Shown: in pieces, positions 23,530 through 32,614 of the stretch
Layout: each line of letters opens with the position of its first letter
Position numbering within the stretch: position 1 is the stretch's first letter
DNA from: Candidatus Limnocylindrales bacterium
GTDB lineage: Bacteria; Chloroflexota; Limnocylindria; Limnocylindrales; CSP1-4
Assembly (NCBI GenBank): GCA_036277775.1
Contig: DASUMJ010000137.1
Location: 1 to 46,619 of the forward strand
Length of the DNA stretch: 46,619 nt
Reading direction: 5' to 3'
Translations under genes and position numbers: made by a program
The notes under the pieces: generated by a model
What the model saw: the letters and a program-made list of their open reading frames with translations, nothing else
Database searches by the model: none
What the model was told of the DNA's origin: nothing

Positions 23530-24708
23530 GTGATCCCCCGCCTCCGGCTCCGAGAGCTCGCGCCGATCCTGCTCATCGTCGCCGTCGCCCTCGTGGTCGC
23601 CGCCTGCGGACCGGGCAGTGGCTCGCTGCCGCCCGGCGTCACCGCGCCGCCGACGCAGACGCCGCCGGCCGGGATCCCGCTCGTGCCGGCGCCCCTGAAC
23701 CCGGACCCGTTCAGCTTCCTCTCGTGGCTGTTCACGCCGATCTTCCAGGTCTTCTTCATCACGCTCGTGCTGCTCGACCGCGTGACCGGGAACATGGCGG
23801 TCGCGATCATCCTCCTGACCATCCTCATCAAGGTCCTGCTGATCCCCGTCTTCCGGCGCCAGCTCGTGTCGACCCGCCGGATGCAGCTCATCAGCCCCGA
23901 GCTCAAGGAGATCCAGCGGCGCTTCAAGGGCGACCGCGTGAAGATCCAGCAGGCGACCGCCCAGCTCTACAAGGAACGGGGGGTCTCGCCGCTCGGCTGT
24001 CTCCCGATCGTCCTCCAGATGTTCCTGCTGATCCCGCTCTACTCGGTCTTCAGCCAGGGCCTCACGAACTTCAACGTCCAGCCGATGATGGAGGTCCTCG
24101 GGTTCACGATCCTCGACCTCGGCTGCGACGCGGCGCCGATCTTCGGGCCGAACAACACGGTCCTGAACCCGTGCCTCAACCCGGTCGCGTTCGGCGTGAA
24201 CTGGGGCCAGCCGGAGGTCTTCCTCGGCAGCCCGGGCGCACTGTTCTCGGGCCTGAGCCTCCTCGCGATCATCTCGGCCCTGGTCCAGCTCGTCGCCTCG
24301 CGGATGATGATGCCGGCGGCGAGCGCGGCGACGGCCGACGACCCGAACATCCGGATGCAGCGCCAGATGGCGATCTTCCTGCCGTTCATCTCGCTGATCT
24401 ACGGCAGCATCCTGCCGGCCGGCCTGTTCCTGTACTGGATCTTCTCCACGGTGTTCTCGATCGGCCAGCAGTACCTGATCCTCGGCTGGGGCGGGATGTT
24501 CCCGCTCTTCGGCCGGACGCCGGGGTTCGCCGTGGATCATCAACCGCGCTTCCCGGTCGCCATGCCAACGGCGCCGACCACCCCCACGCGCGCGGCGGGA
24601 GCGACCGCGCGACCCACCACCGATCGGTCTGCCCTGGACCGGTCCGCTTCCGCCCAGGCAACGATCCGCCAGCGGGGCCGCCAGGGCCGGCGAGGGAGAC
24701 GACGCTAG
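23530..24708 (+). CDS. yidC: membrane protein insertase YidC
   Basis: 392 aa with a signal-anchor/lipoprotein-like N-terminus (…VVAACG). The 60-kDa-IMP core is 'ILLTILIKVLLIPVFRRQ…MQLISPELKEIQRRFK…PLGCLPIVLQ'. The C-terminal tail is basic. Confidence 0.9.
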   Translation: MIPRLRLRELAPILLIVAVALVVAACGPGSGSLPPGVTAPPTQTPPAGIPLVPAPLNPDPFSFLSWLFTPIFQVFFITLVLLDRVTGNMAVAIILLTILIKVLLIPVFRRQLVSTRRMQLISPELKEIQRRFKGDRVKIQQATAQLYKERGVSPLGCLPIVLQMFLLIPLYSVFSQGLTNFNVQPMMEVLGFTILDLGCDAAPIFGPNNTVLNPCLNPVAFGVNWGQPEVFLGSPGALFSGLSLLAIISALVQLVASRMMMPAASAATADDPNIRMQRQMAIFLPFISLIYGSILPAGLFLYWIFSTVFSIGQQYLILGWGGMFPLFGRTPGFAVDHQPRFPVAMPTAPTTPTRAAGATARPTTDRSALDRSASAQATIRQRGRQGRRGRRR

Positions 24709-24724
24709 AGATGAGTGACCACTG

Positions 24725-25852
24725 ATGAGCGCGTACCGTGAATTCACCGGCAAGACCGTCGAGGAGGCGCTCCGGCTGGCGCGCGAGGCCTTCGGGGCCG
24801 GCCTCGACGATCTCGACTTCGAGATCCTGACCCCGGGCAGCCGTGGCGTCCTCGGGATGGGCGCCGAGCCCGCCCGGATCCTCGCCGCCCCCCGCTCGGA
24901 GCTGGGCGGCGCCGCGCCGAAGCGCGAGGCCGCGGCATCGCGACCGCTGCCGGCGCCCCCGCCCCGCGAGGACCGCGGCGACCGTCCCCGCTTCGGTGAC
25001 CGGGACCGCGGCCCCCGGCGCGACGATCGGGGCGACCGCGGCCCGCGCCGCGACGACCGTCCGCGCGACGACCGACCGCCGCGCGTCGACCGACCCCGCG
25101 ACGATCGCCCCCGGGAAGACCGCCCGCCGCGCGACGACGCCGCGCCCCGCGAGGACCGCCCGCCCCGCGAGGACCGCGGCGACCGCCCCCGCTTCGGCGA
25201 CCGGGACCGCGATCGCGGCCCCCGGCGCGACGATCGCGGCGATCGCGGCCCGCGCCGCGACGACCGGCCGCGCGAGGATCGGGCCCGCGGCTCCGCCGAC
25301 CTGACCGAGCGGGAAGCCGCCGAGGTCGCGGCCCTTCGTGGCTCCGTCGCCTCGGAGCGCGCCGAGCTCGAGGCCGCGGAGGCATCGCCCGAGGCCCTGG
25401 CCGCGGGCAAGCTCATCCTCGAGAAGCTCCTCGTCCTCATGGGCTTCGATGTCACCGTGACGGTCGAGTCCGCCGAGACGAGCCGGCTCAACGTCACCGG
25501 GGAGGGCGACGAGCGCGAGGCCCTCGGGGCGCTCATCGGCCGGAAGGGCGAGCGGCTCTCGGCCCTCCAGCACCTCGTCAACCTCATGCTCTCGAAGGAG
25601 ATGGGCGGCTGGACGCGGGTGCTCGTCGACGTCGAGGACTACCGCGGGCGGCGCGAGCGCCAGCTCCGCGAGATCGCCGAGCGGGCCGCCCGACGGGTCA
25701 TCGAGACCGGCAAGATGCTCCAGCTGGAGCCGATGCCGGCCCTCGAGCGGCGCTGGGTCCATCTCGCCCTCCGGAGCCACCCGGACGTGGCGACGCAATC
25801 GATCGGCGAGGAGCCGAACCGCCGGATCGTCGTCCTGCCGCGGCCGGACTGA
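24725..25852 (+). CDS. jag: Jag/KhpB RNA-binding protein (Jag_N + KH + R3H) with expanded Arg/Asp-rich linker
   Basis: The N-terminus 'FTGKTVEEALRLAREAFG…LDFEIL' is a Jag_N domain. The C-terminus has KH/R3H regions ('…ALIGRKGERLSALQHLVN…', '…LEPMPALERRWVHLAL…EEPNRRIVV'). About 170 aa of RD/RP repeats lie between them. Confidence 0.85.
   Translation: MSAYREFTGKTVEEALRLAREAFGAGLDDLDFEILTPGSRGVLGMGAEPARILAAPRSELGGAAPKREAAASRPLPAPPPREDRGDRPRFGDRDRGPRRDDRGDRGPRRDDRPRDDRPPRVDRPRDDRPREDRPPRDDAAPREDRPPREDRGDRPRFGDRDRDRGPRRDDRGDRGPRRDDRPREDRARGSADLTEREAAEVAALRGSVASERAELEAAEASPEALAAGKLILEKLLVLMGFDVTVTVESAETSRLNVTGEGDEREALGALIGRKGERLSALQHLVNLMLSKEMGGWTRVLVDVEDYRGRRERQLREIAERAARRVIETGKMLQLEPMPALERRWVHLALRSHPDVATQSIGEEPNRRIVVLPRPD
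24962..25279 (+). repeat. ~110-bp imperfect direct duplication inside jag (period ~201 bp) plus short RDDRP-type repeats
   Basis: Copy 1 runs from ~24962 and copy 2 from ~25163. Both read CCCCGCGAGGACCGCGGCGACCG(T/C)CCCCGCTTCGG(T/C)GACCGGGACCGCG…, with a 6-bp indel. They encode PREDRGDRPRFGDRDR(DR)GPRRDDRGDRGPRRDDRPR. Confidence 0.7.
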
Positions 25853-26009
25853 GCTCCGGGCCCGCCGCGCGGCTATTTCGGACCCGGACGATCGGGTCAG
25901 GTGCCGAGCGCTCGACGAGCCGTCACGATATCGACATGGTGCGCGTCATCCGAACGCGCCCCATCGCCGTACCGAGGGCGTACGGTGCCACTGCTAGGAT
26001 GAATCACCC

Positions 26010-27986
26010 ATGGACCTCGTGAACGAATCGCCCGCCGAGTCGATCCAGGCCCCGACCGCGTCGGTCGAGGCCGGGACGCCGGCGCCCGCGAGCGGGGACG
26101 GGGCCGCATCCGGAACGGCAGCCTCGGCGGCCGCCTCCAGGGCCCGACGGCTCGGGATCCGGCGGTTCGCGGCGGCATTCTTCTTCGGCGTCATGGGCGT
26201 CCTCGCCGTCTCGGCGGGTGCGCTCGCTGCCTTCGAGTCGTCGAACAACGGCCGCATCCTCCCCGGAATCCATGTCGGCGCCGTCGATCTCTCCGGCCTG
26301 ACCCCGGCCGAGGCGCGGGCCCGGCTCAACGAGGCCTATGCGGCCCTTGCCGTCGGCGAGCTGACGCTCACGGCCGGCGGCACCACCCGGGTCGTGACCT
26401 ATGCGACGCTTGGCCGGCGGCTCGATGTCGACGCGGTCGTCGACCAGGCGATGGGCATCGGCCGGACCGGCGCGACGCTGGAGCGGATCGCGTCGAACGT
26501 CCGGAACATGGTCCGTGGCGTGGAGCTCGCGCCGTCCGCCACCTTCGAGCGCCCGGCGCTCCGCCTCGAGCTCGACCGGCTCGCCGCCTCGGTCGCGATC
26601 GCGCCGGTCGACGCGACCGTCGCCCTCGTCGGCGAGGACTTCGCCGTCGCCGAGGGCGCCGACGGTCGGTCGGCCGATGTCGCCGCCGCGCTCGCCGACG
26701 CGACCGCCCTCCTCGTCGACGTCGCCGCACCGGACGCGACCCGCGTCACGGTCCCGCTCGATGTCGTCGAGCCGGCCGTCACGACGGTCGAGGCGACGGC
26801 CGCCCGCGAGGCGGCCCTCCGGATCGCGGTCGACACGGTCCTCGTCGACGGCGCCGAATCGTGGACGATCGCCGGCGCGACGATCCGCAGCTGGATCTCC
26901 TTCGCTCCGACGGCCGACGGCGGCTACGGGCCGGTCGTCGCCCAGGCCGGCCTCGAGGCGGGCCTCGCCGCGATCGCCGGCGACGTGGCCGTCGCCCCGG
27001 TCGACGCCTCGTTCCTCGTCGGCGACGGCGATTCCGTCGTCGGGGTGACCGAGGCGAAGAACGGCCGGGCGCTCGATGTCCCGGGCATGGTGACCGCCCT
27101 CACGAAGACGATCGACCAGCGCGTCTCCGGCCTGACGATCTCGCGGGTCTCGATCCGGACGATCGTCGTCGAGCCGGCGCTCACGACCGAGGAGGCGACC
27201 CAGACCGCGCCGCTCATGGAGCCGATCGCGGAGTGGACGACGTGGTTCCCGATCGGGATCAAGAACGGCCAGGGCGCGAACATCTGGATCCCCGCCCGCG
27301 ACGTCGACGGCTACGTCGTGATGCCGGGCCAGTGGTTCGACTTCTGGGAGGCGATCGGGCCGGTCACGCGAGAGCGCGGCTACAAGGACGGCGGCGCGAT
27401 CATCAACGGCAAGACCGAGCCGCAGGGCGCGCTCGCCGGCGGCATCTGCTCGACCTCCACGACGCTCTTCAACGCCGCGCTCCGGGCAGGCCTCGAGATG
27501 GGCGCCCGCCGCAACCACTACTACTACATCGACCGCTACCCCCTCGGCCTCGACGCCACGGTCTTCCAGAGCAGCTCCGGATCGGTCCAGACGATGTCCT
27601 TCCGGAACGACACCGAGAGCCCCATCCTCATCCGCGGCTCGGGCTGGTCCGTCGGCAGCAAGGGCTACGTGAAGTTCGTGCTCTGGTCGGTTCCCACCGA
27701 GCGGACGGTGTCGTTCTCGACCCCGATCGTGAAGAACGTGAAGCCGGCCACGGACAGCGTCGTCTACACGACCGCCCTCGCCCCGGGCGCACGCGAGCGG
27801 ATCGAGTACCCGGTCGACGGCAAGGACGTCTGGGTGACGCGGACGGTCAAGGACGCCGCCGGGACCGTGCTCCACGAGGAGACGTACTACTCGCACTACG
27901 CGCGGATCACCGGCATCGTCCGGGTGGGCATCGCCCCGACGCCGGACCCGACGCCCGAGCCGACCCCGACCCCGCCCGTGCCCTGA
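26010..27986 (+). CDS. VanW/YoaR family protein (membrane-anchored)
   Basis: 658 aa. An N-terminal TM ('FAAAFFFGVMGVLAVSAGALAAF') is followed by repeated PG-binding-like modules. The VanW core is 'VVMPGQWFDFWEAIGPVTRERGYKDGGAIINGK…GGICSTSTTLFNAALRAGLE…RRNH'. Confidence 0.8.
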   Translation: MDLVNESPAESIQAPTASVEAGTPAPASGDGAASGTAASAAASRARRLGIRRFAAAFFFGVMGVLAVSAGALAAFESSNNGRILPGIHVGAVDLSGLTPAEARARLNEAYAALAVGELTLTAGGTTRVVTYATLGRRLDVDAVVDQAMGIGRTGATLERIASNVRNMVRGVELAPSATFERPALRLELDRLAASVAIAPVDATVALVGEDFAVAEGADGRSADVAAALADATALLVDVAAPDATRVTVPLDVVEPAVTTVEATAAREAALRIAVDTVLVDGAESWTIAGATIRSWISFAPTADGGYGPVVAQAGLEAGLAAIAGDVAVAPVDASFLVGDGDSVVGVTEAKNGRALDVPGMVTALTKTIDQRVSGLTISRVSIRTIVVEPALTTEEATQTAPLMEPIAEWTTWFPIGIKNGQGANIWIPARDVDGYVVMPGQWFDFWEAIGPVTRERGYKDGGAIINGKTEPQGALAGGICSTSTTLFNAALRAGLEMGARRNHYYYIDRYPLGLDATVFQSSSGSVQTMSFRNDTESPILIRGSGWSVGSKGYVKFVLWSVPTERTVSFSTPIVKNVKPATDSVVYTTALAPGARERIEYPVDGKDVWVTRTVKDAAGTVLHEETYYSHYARITGIVRVGIAPTPDPTPEPTPTPPVP

Positions 27987-28044
27987 CCTCGGCCGCGCCC
28001 TGCTCCGCGGTCCCCGCTCGACACGCAGCAGAGCGTCGTCCGCG

Positions 28045-28509
28045 CTACGGCTCGCGGTCCGTCGCCGCCTGACAGGCCGGGCAGAGCCCGAACAGCTCGA
28101 GCCGGTGGCCGTCGATCCGGTAGCCGGTGTCGCGCCCGATCCGGGCCACGGCCGCGGCGAGGCCGGCATCATCGACGACATCGGTGGCCCGCCCGCATCG
28201 CTCGCAGACGACGTGGTGGTGGTGGGCCGCCGGCTCGCAGGCGATCCAGGCGTGGTCGCCGGTCGGCAGGTCGATCCGCTCGATGGCGCCGACGCCCTCG
28301 AGGACCTCGAGCGTCCGGAAGATCGTCGCCCGCCCGATCTCGATCTCGGCGGCCGTGGCCGAGTCGACGAGGTCGGCGGCGGTGAAGTGCCCCGGATGGC
28401 CGGCGATGAGCTCGGCCACGGCCCGGCGCGGCCCGGTCAGGCGATAGCCGGCCCGGCCGAGGGCCGACAGCGTGGTGGGAACGGCGGACGCCGCGGGGCC
28501 GGAAGCCAT
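28045..28509 (-). CDS. Fur family transcriptional regulator
   Basis: 154 aa at the tail of track ORF 28045-29874, starting at ATG 28509. The winged helix is 'RATIFRTLEVLEGVGAIERI'. The metal sites are 'HHHHVVCERCG' and 'CPAC'. Confidence 0.8.
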   Translation of the reverse strand: MASGPAASAVPTTLSALGRAGYRLTGPRRAVAELIAGHPGHFTAADLVDSATAAEIEIGRATIFRTLEVLEGVGAIERIDLPTGDHAWIACEPAAHHHHVVCERCGRATDVVDDAGLAAAVARIGRDTGYRIDGHRLELFGLCPACQAATDREP

Positions 28510-28595
28510 GCCCGCAGGATACCGGCAGGTCGCTCCGCGGCGTTCGAGGGCGCCCGTGGCGCGGCCGCGACGACGGGACGGCTCCTCCCGGCCCG

Positions 28596-29912
28596 CTAGG
28601 CGCTCGGCGACCCGGCAGCGTCGCCGGAAGGGAGGCCTCGGCCCTTCTCGAGCACGATCTGGTAGTCCTGGCAGACGCCGGTGTCGAAGCCCGCCTCGCT
28701 GATCGCGAGGTAGTACTCCCACGTCCGAATGAACCGCTCGTCGAAGCCCAGGGCCCGCACGTCGTCGAGGCGGGCCATGAAGGTCGTCCGCCAGGTTGCG
28801 AGCGTCCGGACGTAGTGGGGCGCGATGTCCTCGACGTCGCGGAGAAGGAACCGCGTGTCGTGCAGCGCGTGCTCGATCGCCGCGAGCGACGGCAGCAGGC
28901 CGCCCGGGAAGATGTACGTCTGGATCCAGTTCGCGCCACGCGCCTGGGGGCCGTACGCGACGTCGGGGAAGGCGATCGTCTGCATGCTGAGCCGGCCGCC
29001 GGGTCGCAGCGCCCGGTCGCAGGCGGCGAAGAAGGTCGCGAAGTACTCGGCGCCGACGGCCTCGAACATCTCGATCGAGACGATGGCGTCGAACTGCCCC
29101 TCGACCTCGCGGTAGTCCCGCAGGAGGACGGTGATCCGGTCCTCGAGCCCGGCCGCGCGGACGCGCTCGGAGGCCAGCTCGTGCTGCGCTCGCGAGATCG
29201 TGAGGGTCGTGACCCGGCAGCCGAGCTCGCCGGCCGCGTAGAGGGCGAACCCGCCCCAGCCGGTCCCGATCTCGAGGACGTGCTGGCCGGCCGACAGGCC
29301 GGCTCGCTCGGCGATGACGCGGTACTTGTGGCGCTGGGCGTCGGCCAGGGACTGCTCCGGCGTCGCGAAGACCGCGCTCGAGTAGGTCATCGTCTCGTCG
29401 AGGAACAGGCGGTAGAAGTCGTTGCCCAGGTCGTAATGGGCGGCGATGTTGCGGCGGGCGCCGGCGAGCGTGTTCCGCCGAAGCCGATGGCCGACGGTCG
29501 TGACCAGCCTGGCCGGGATCCGCCACCAGCCGCGGGTCAGTCCCAGCCCGTCGCGGTTGATCGACGCGAGCCTCGCGAGACCCGCCAGGTCCGGGCTCGA
29601 CCAGAGGCCGTCCATGTACGCCTCGCCGGCGCCGAGGTCGCCGCCGAGGAGGATCCGGCGGACGGCCGCGATGTCGAGGATCCTGAGCTCGGCCGTCGGT
29701 CCCGTCTCCGGGTCGCCGAACGCGCGGCCGGAGCCATCCGGCAGCTGCACGACGAGCTGGCCATGGCGGATCCGGCCCGCGGCCGCGAGCATCACCCGGA
29801 GCGCGAGGCGGTCGAGCAGCCCGATCGATCCTCCGCGTCGAGCGGCGCTCGAGGTCGGCCCGGACCGCGGCCACTCCGGCGTGGCCGGATAGCGGTCCGC
29901 CTCCTCGCTCAT
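28596..29912 (-). CDS. cyclopropane-fatty-acyl-phospholipid synthase family SAM-dependent methyltransferase
   Basis: 438 aa. 'NIAAHYDLGNDFYRLFLDETMTYSSAVF' and the SAM motif 'VLEIGTGWGGFALYAA' are present. ATG 29912 overlaps the DUF1365 stop (ATGA). Confidence 0.85.
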   Translation of the reverse strand: MSEEADRYPATPEWPRSGPTSSAARRGGSIGLLDRLALRVMLAAAGRIRHGQLVVQLPDGSGRAFGDPETGPTAELRILDIAAVRRILLGGDLGAGEAYMDGLWSSPDLAGLARLASINRDGLGLTRGWWRIPARLVTTVGHRLRRNTLAGARRNIAAHYDLGNDFYRLFLDETMTYSSAVFATPEQSLADAQRHKYRVIAERAGLSAGQHVLEIGTGWGGFALYAAGELGCRVTTLTISRAQHELASERVRAAGLEDRITVLLRDYREVEGQFDAIVSIEMFEAVGAEYFATFFAACDRALRPGGRLSMQTIAFPDVAYGPQARGANWIQTYIFPGGLLPSLAAIEHALHDTRFLLRDVEDIAPHYVRTLATWRTTFMARLDDVRALGFDERFIRTWEYYLAISEAGFDTGVCQDYQIVLEKGRGLPSGDAAGSPSA

Positions 29913-30724
29913 CGCGAGCCGCTCACGGCGTGGCTGCCGACGACACTCGAGCCGACCGCCCGCCGATGCCGGAAGAACGGCGCCCTCCGCAGCCAGAGCC
30001 GGAGCGCATGCCAGTGGATGAGCCCGATCGTCCGCTGCGTCAGCAGGGGGTGGCGCAGGAGGAGGCGGAGGAGCGACCCGTCGGTCAGGGGGCGACGCCG
30101 GAGCACGAGGCTCGTCGACAGCAGGGGCGATCCGTCCTGCCGGAGGGCAATCGCGATCCGCACGCCGTCCGCATCGTCGCGAACGTGGACCTCGTACCGG
30201 CCGCCGAGCGAGATGAAGGGGGACACGAAGAAGTCCTTGTCCATCGCGGCGCGAAACGCGTCTCCCGCCTCGTCGGTGTCGCCCGGCGTCCGTGCCTCGC
30301 CGCCGGCCGACCGGTGGAGGACGTAGAGGTGGCGCTCGCCGAACGTATTGTGGACCTCCACGATGACCCGACGCAGCCTCCCCGATTCATCGCGGCAGAG
30401 GTAGAAGCTCGCCGGGTTGAAGACGTAGCCGACGATCCGCAGGTTCGTGATCAGGGTGAGGCGCCAGCCTGCCGGATCGACGCCGTCGGCCTCCAGGATG
30501 GCCCGGACGTCGCGGTCGAGGTCGGTCGCCGGCTCCGGGAGGTGGTCGGCGTCGCGGAAGCTCACCAGTGCACGCCGGTTCCGGCCGATCAGTCGTGACC
30601 GCGCGGCGACGGCGTCGAGCTCCTCGAGGTCGAGCGCGAAGTAGAAGACGTCGTGCTCCAGCGCGTAGGTGAACGGCCGGACTCGCCGGTGGCGGACCTT
30701 CCCGACGAGCAGGTGCGAGTTCAT
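29909..30724 (-). CDS. DUF1365 family protein
   Basis: 271 aa from ATG 30724, which overlaps the upstream stop (ATGA). '[30 protein letters not shown]…[17 protein letters not shown]' is the typical DUF1365 N-terminal pattern. Confidence 0.8.
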   Translation of the reverse strand: MNSHLLVGKVRHRRVRPFTYALEHDVFYFALDLEELDAVAARSRLIGRNRRALVSFRDADHLPEPATDLDRDVRAILEADGVDPAGWRLTLITNLRIVGYVFNPASFYLCRDESGRLRRVIVEVHNTFGERHLYVLHRSAGGEARTPGDTDEAGDAFRAAMDKDFFVSPFISLGGRYEVHVRDDADGVRIAIALRQDGSPLLSTSLVLRRRPLTDGSLLRLLLRHPLLTQRTIGLIHWHALRLWLRRAPFFRHRRAVGSSVVGSHAVSGSR

Positions 30725-31989
30725 GCCGCGATCCGCTGCGAGGTCTCGGCCAGGGCCGCCGCCACCTCGTAGCCCGACCGACAGCCGTCCTCGTGGAAGC
30801 CGTAGCCGAGGTGGGCACCGGCGTACCACGTGCCGCGGTGACCCTGCAGCGCCCGGAGCCGCGACTGCGCGGCCAGCGTACCGAAGGTGTAGAGCGGGTG
30901 GCTCATCGCCCGCTCGACGATCACCGCGTCCGATCGGACGCTGTCGCCCGGGTTGACCGAGACGCAGTACTCGACGTCGCCGCCGAGCGACTGGAGGCGG
31001 TTCATGTGGTACGTCATGACCAGGCGGTCGGCCGGTCGTCGGCAATCGCCGGTTGCGATGTTCCAGGAACCCCAGGCCCGCCGGTTGCGCGGCAGGACCG
31101 TCGCATCCGTGTGGAGGACGACCTGGTTCGTCGTGTACTCGAACCCGCCGAGCGCTGCCCGCTCGGCGGCGTCCGCGTCGCTGAGCAGCCGCCGCGCGGT
31201 GTCGGCGTGCGTCGCCATGACGACGGCATCGAATCGGGCGACCTCACCGTCTGCGGTCCTGACGGTGGCACCCGCTGGGCCGCGGCGGACCTCGACGACG
31301 GGCACGCCCGTCCGGACCGAGCCCGACGGCAGGCCATCCACGATCCGCCTGGCGTACGTCCGGGAGCCGCCCTGGACCACTCGCCACTGGGGTGCCCGAC
31401 CGAGCCCGATGAGCCCGTGGTTGTCGAGGAACCGGAGGAGATAGGCGATCGGGAACGACTCGATCCGGTCCGGGGCCGTCGACCAGACGGCCGACACGAT
31501 GGGCACGAGGAAGTGGGCCGTGAACGACCGCCCGTATCTGTGGACCTCGAGCCATTCTCCGAGGGTGAGGCTCGACGGGACCGGGGCATCGAGCGTCCGC
31601 CGGGCGTCCCGGTAGAAGCGCAGCACGTCGATCGTCATCGCGGCGTGGGCCGGGCTGAGCGAGGAGGGCGACCCGAACCAGCCGGTGACGCCGCGCGAGC
31701 TGAAGGCGATCCCGCAGGCTCCGCACGAGGAGCCGAGCGACATGTCGCTCGGCTGCGTCGCGACGCCCAGCTCCGCCAGCAACCCCACGAACCGAGGATA
31801 GGTGCGCTCGTTGTAGACGATGAAGCCAGTGTCGACCGGGACGACCGCGCCGTCGACCTCGACCGGCACCGTCTTGACGTGGCCGCCGACCTCCGTCTCC
31901 TGCTCGAAGAGCGTGATCCGGTGCGACTTGTTGAGCTCGTGGGCCGCGGTCAGGCCGCTGATCCCGGAGCCGACGATCGCGATCTCCAT
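30721..31989 (-). CDS. NAD(P)/FAD-dependent oxidoreductase (amine-oxidase / phytoene-desaturase-like)
   Basis: 422 aa from ATG 31989. The Rossmann motif is '[17 protein letters not shown]…[11 protein letters not shown]'. The rest of track ORF 30721-32382 upstream of this Met is R-rich read-through. Confidence 0.8.
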   Translation of the reverse strand: MEIAIVGSGISGLTAAHELNKSHRITLFEQETEVGGHVKTVPVEVDGAVVPVDTGFIVYNERTYPRFVGLLAELGVATQPSDMSLGSSCGACGIAFSSRGVTGWFGSPSSLSPAHAAMTIDVLRFYRDARRTLDAPVPSSLTLGEWLEVHRYGRSFTAHFLVPIVSAVWSTAPDRIESFPIAYLLRFLDNHGLIGLGRAPQWRVVQGGSRTYARRIVDGLPSGSVRTGVPVVEVRRGPAGATVRTADGEVARFDAVVMATHADTARRLLSDADAAERAALGGFEYTTNQVVLHTDATVLPRNRRAWGSWNIATGDCRRPADRLVMTYHMNRLQSLGGDVEYCVSVNPGDSVRSDAVIVERAMSHPLYTFGTLAAQSRLRALQGHRGTWYAGAHLGYGFHEDGCRSGYEVAAALAETSQRIAA

Positions 31990-31997
31990 GTCGCCGC

Positions 31998-32468
31998 TCA
32001 CCCGGCCGGCGTCGCGCCGCGCGCACCGGCGCCGGCGAGCTCGTCGAGGGCTCGCTGCATCCCGGACCGGGCGTTCTCGGCGATCCGTCGGAAGACGCCC
32101 CCCGCGAACGGCGCGACGAGGCGCATCGCGCCGCCGAGCCGGATGTCGGCGAGGTAGTCGACCTGCGTGCCGCCTGGCGTCGCCTGGAACGAGATCGCAT
32201 CCACCGCCGTCACGCCCGAGCCGCGACCGGTCAGGACGACGCGGCTGGGCGGGTCGAACTGGGTGATCTCGTACTCCATCGGGGTGACGCGTCCGCCCAT
32301 GCGGACGCCGAGCCGATACCGCGACCCGACGCGGACCGGCCCTTCGTCCAGCCGGACCGACGACGCGACGCCTGGATCCCATCGCGCCGCGTTGGCGAAG
32401 TCCGCGACGAAGGCGAAGGCATCGTCGATCCCGAGTTGTGAAACGATCCGCTCTCGAAGCAGCGCCAC
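31998..32468 (-). CDS. SRPBCC (START/polyketide-cyclase-like) family protein
   Basis: 156 aa from GTG 32468, preceded by AAGGAGGG 7 nt upstream. '[18 protein letters not shown]…[16 protein letters not shown]' is present. The stop lies 8 nt before the oxidoreductase start. Confidence 0.7.
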   Translation of the reverse strand: MALLRERIVSQLGIDDAFAFVADFANAARWDPGVASSVRLDEGPVRVGSRYRLGVRMGGRVTPMEYEITQFDPPSRVVLTGRGSGVTAVDAISFQATPGGTQVDYLADIRLGGAMRLVAPFAGGVFRRIAENARSGMQRALDELAGAGARGATPAG

Positions 32469-32488
32469 GGGCCGCCCTCCTTGGGCTG

Positions 32489-32510
32489 TGTCTAGTGTTT
32501 GTCTGGTGTT
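32489..32510. repeat. two tandem 11-bp direct repeats in the divergent promoter region
   Basis: TGTCTAGTGTT (32489-32499) and TGTCTGGTGTT (32500-32510) are 10/11 identical. They lie between the predicted - strand promoter and the SD of the SRPBCC gene. They are in 11-bp register with TGTCAA (32544) and TGTATA (32555). Confidence 0.7.
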
Positions 32511-32521
32511 CGTGCAGGCAA

Positions 32522-32562
32522 TTCTTACTGACTTGCGGCGTGGTGTCAAGTGTCTGTATAAT
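32522..32562. promoter_or_regulatory. overlapping divergent promoters (SDR gene on +, SRPBCC-oxidoreductase-DUF1365-CFAS operon on -)
   Basis: On the + strand: TTGCGG (32533-32538), 18 nt, then a perfect TATAAT (32557-32562). On the - strand: a perfect TTGACA (complement of 32544-32549), 16-17 nt, then TAAGAAT (complement of 32521-32527). TGTnnA motifs at 32544, 32555 and 32565 overlie both. Confidence 0.45.
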
Positions 32563-32614
32563 CTTGTCCGTGGCACCGCGCGTCGCGAGGGTGACCGCAA
32601 CGCAGAGGAGCGCG

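Noticed and set aside
22819-25587. 922-aa ORF antisense to rnpA-yidD-yidC-jag.
   Set aside because: It lies opposite four unmistakable conserved genes. Its translation consists of Arg/Ser/Pro repeats mirroring the jag RD-repeat DNA. It is a GC-driven artefact.
25843-25858. A 16-bp identical string GCCGGACTGAGCTCCG at the stop codons of jag (25843-25858) and the SDR gene (33583-33598), considered as a shared terminator or REP element.
   Set aside because: Both copies encode …PD* followed by GC-rich sequence. A single 16-mer coincidence is not improbable in 46 kb of strongly GC-biased DNA. The flanks do not extend the similarity.
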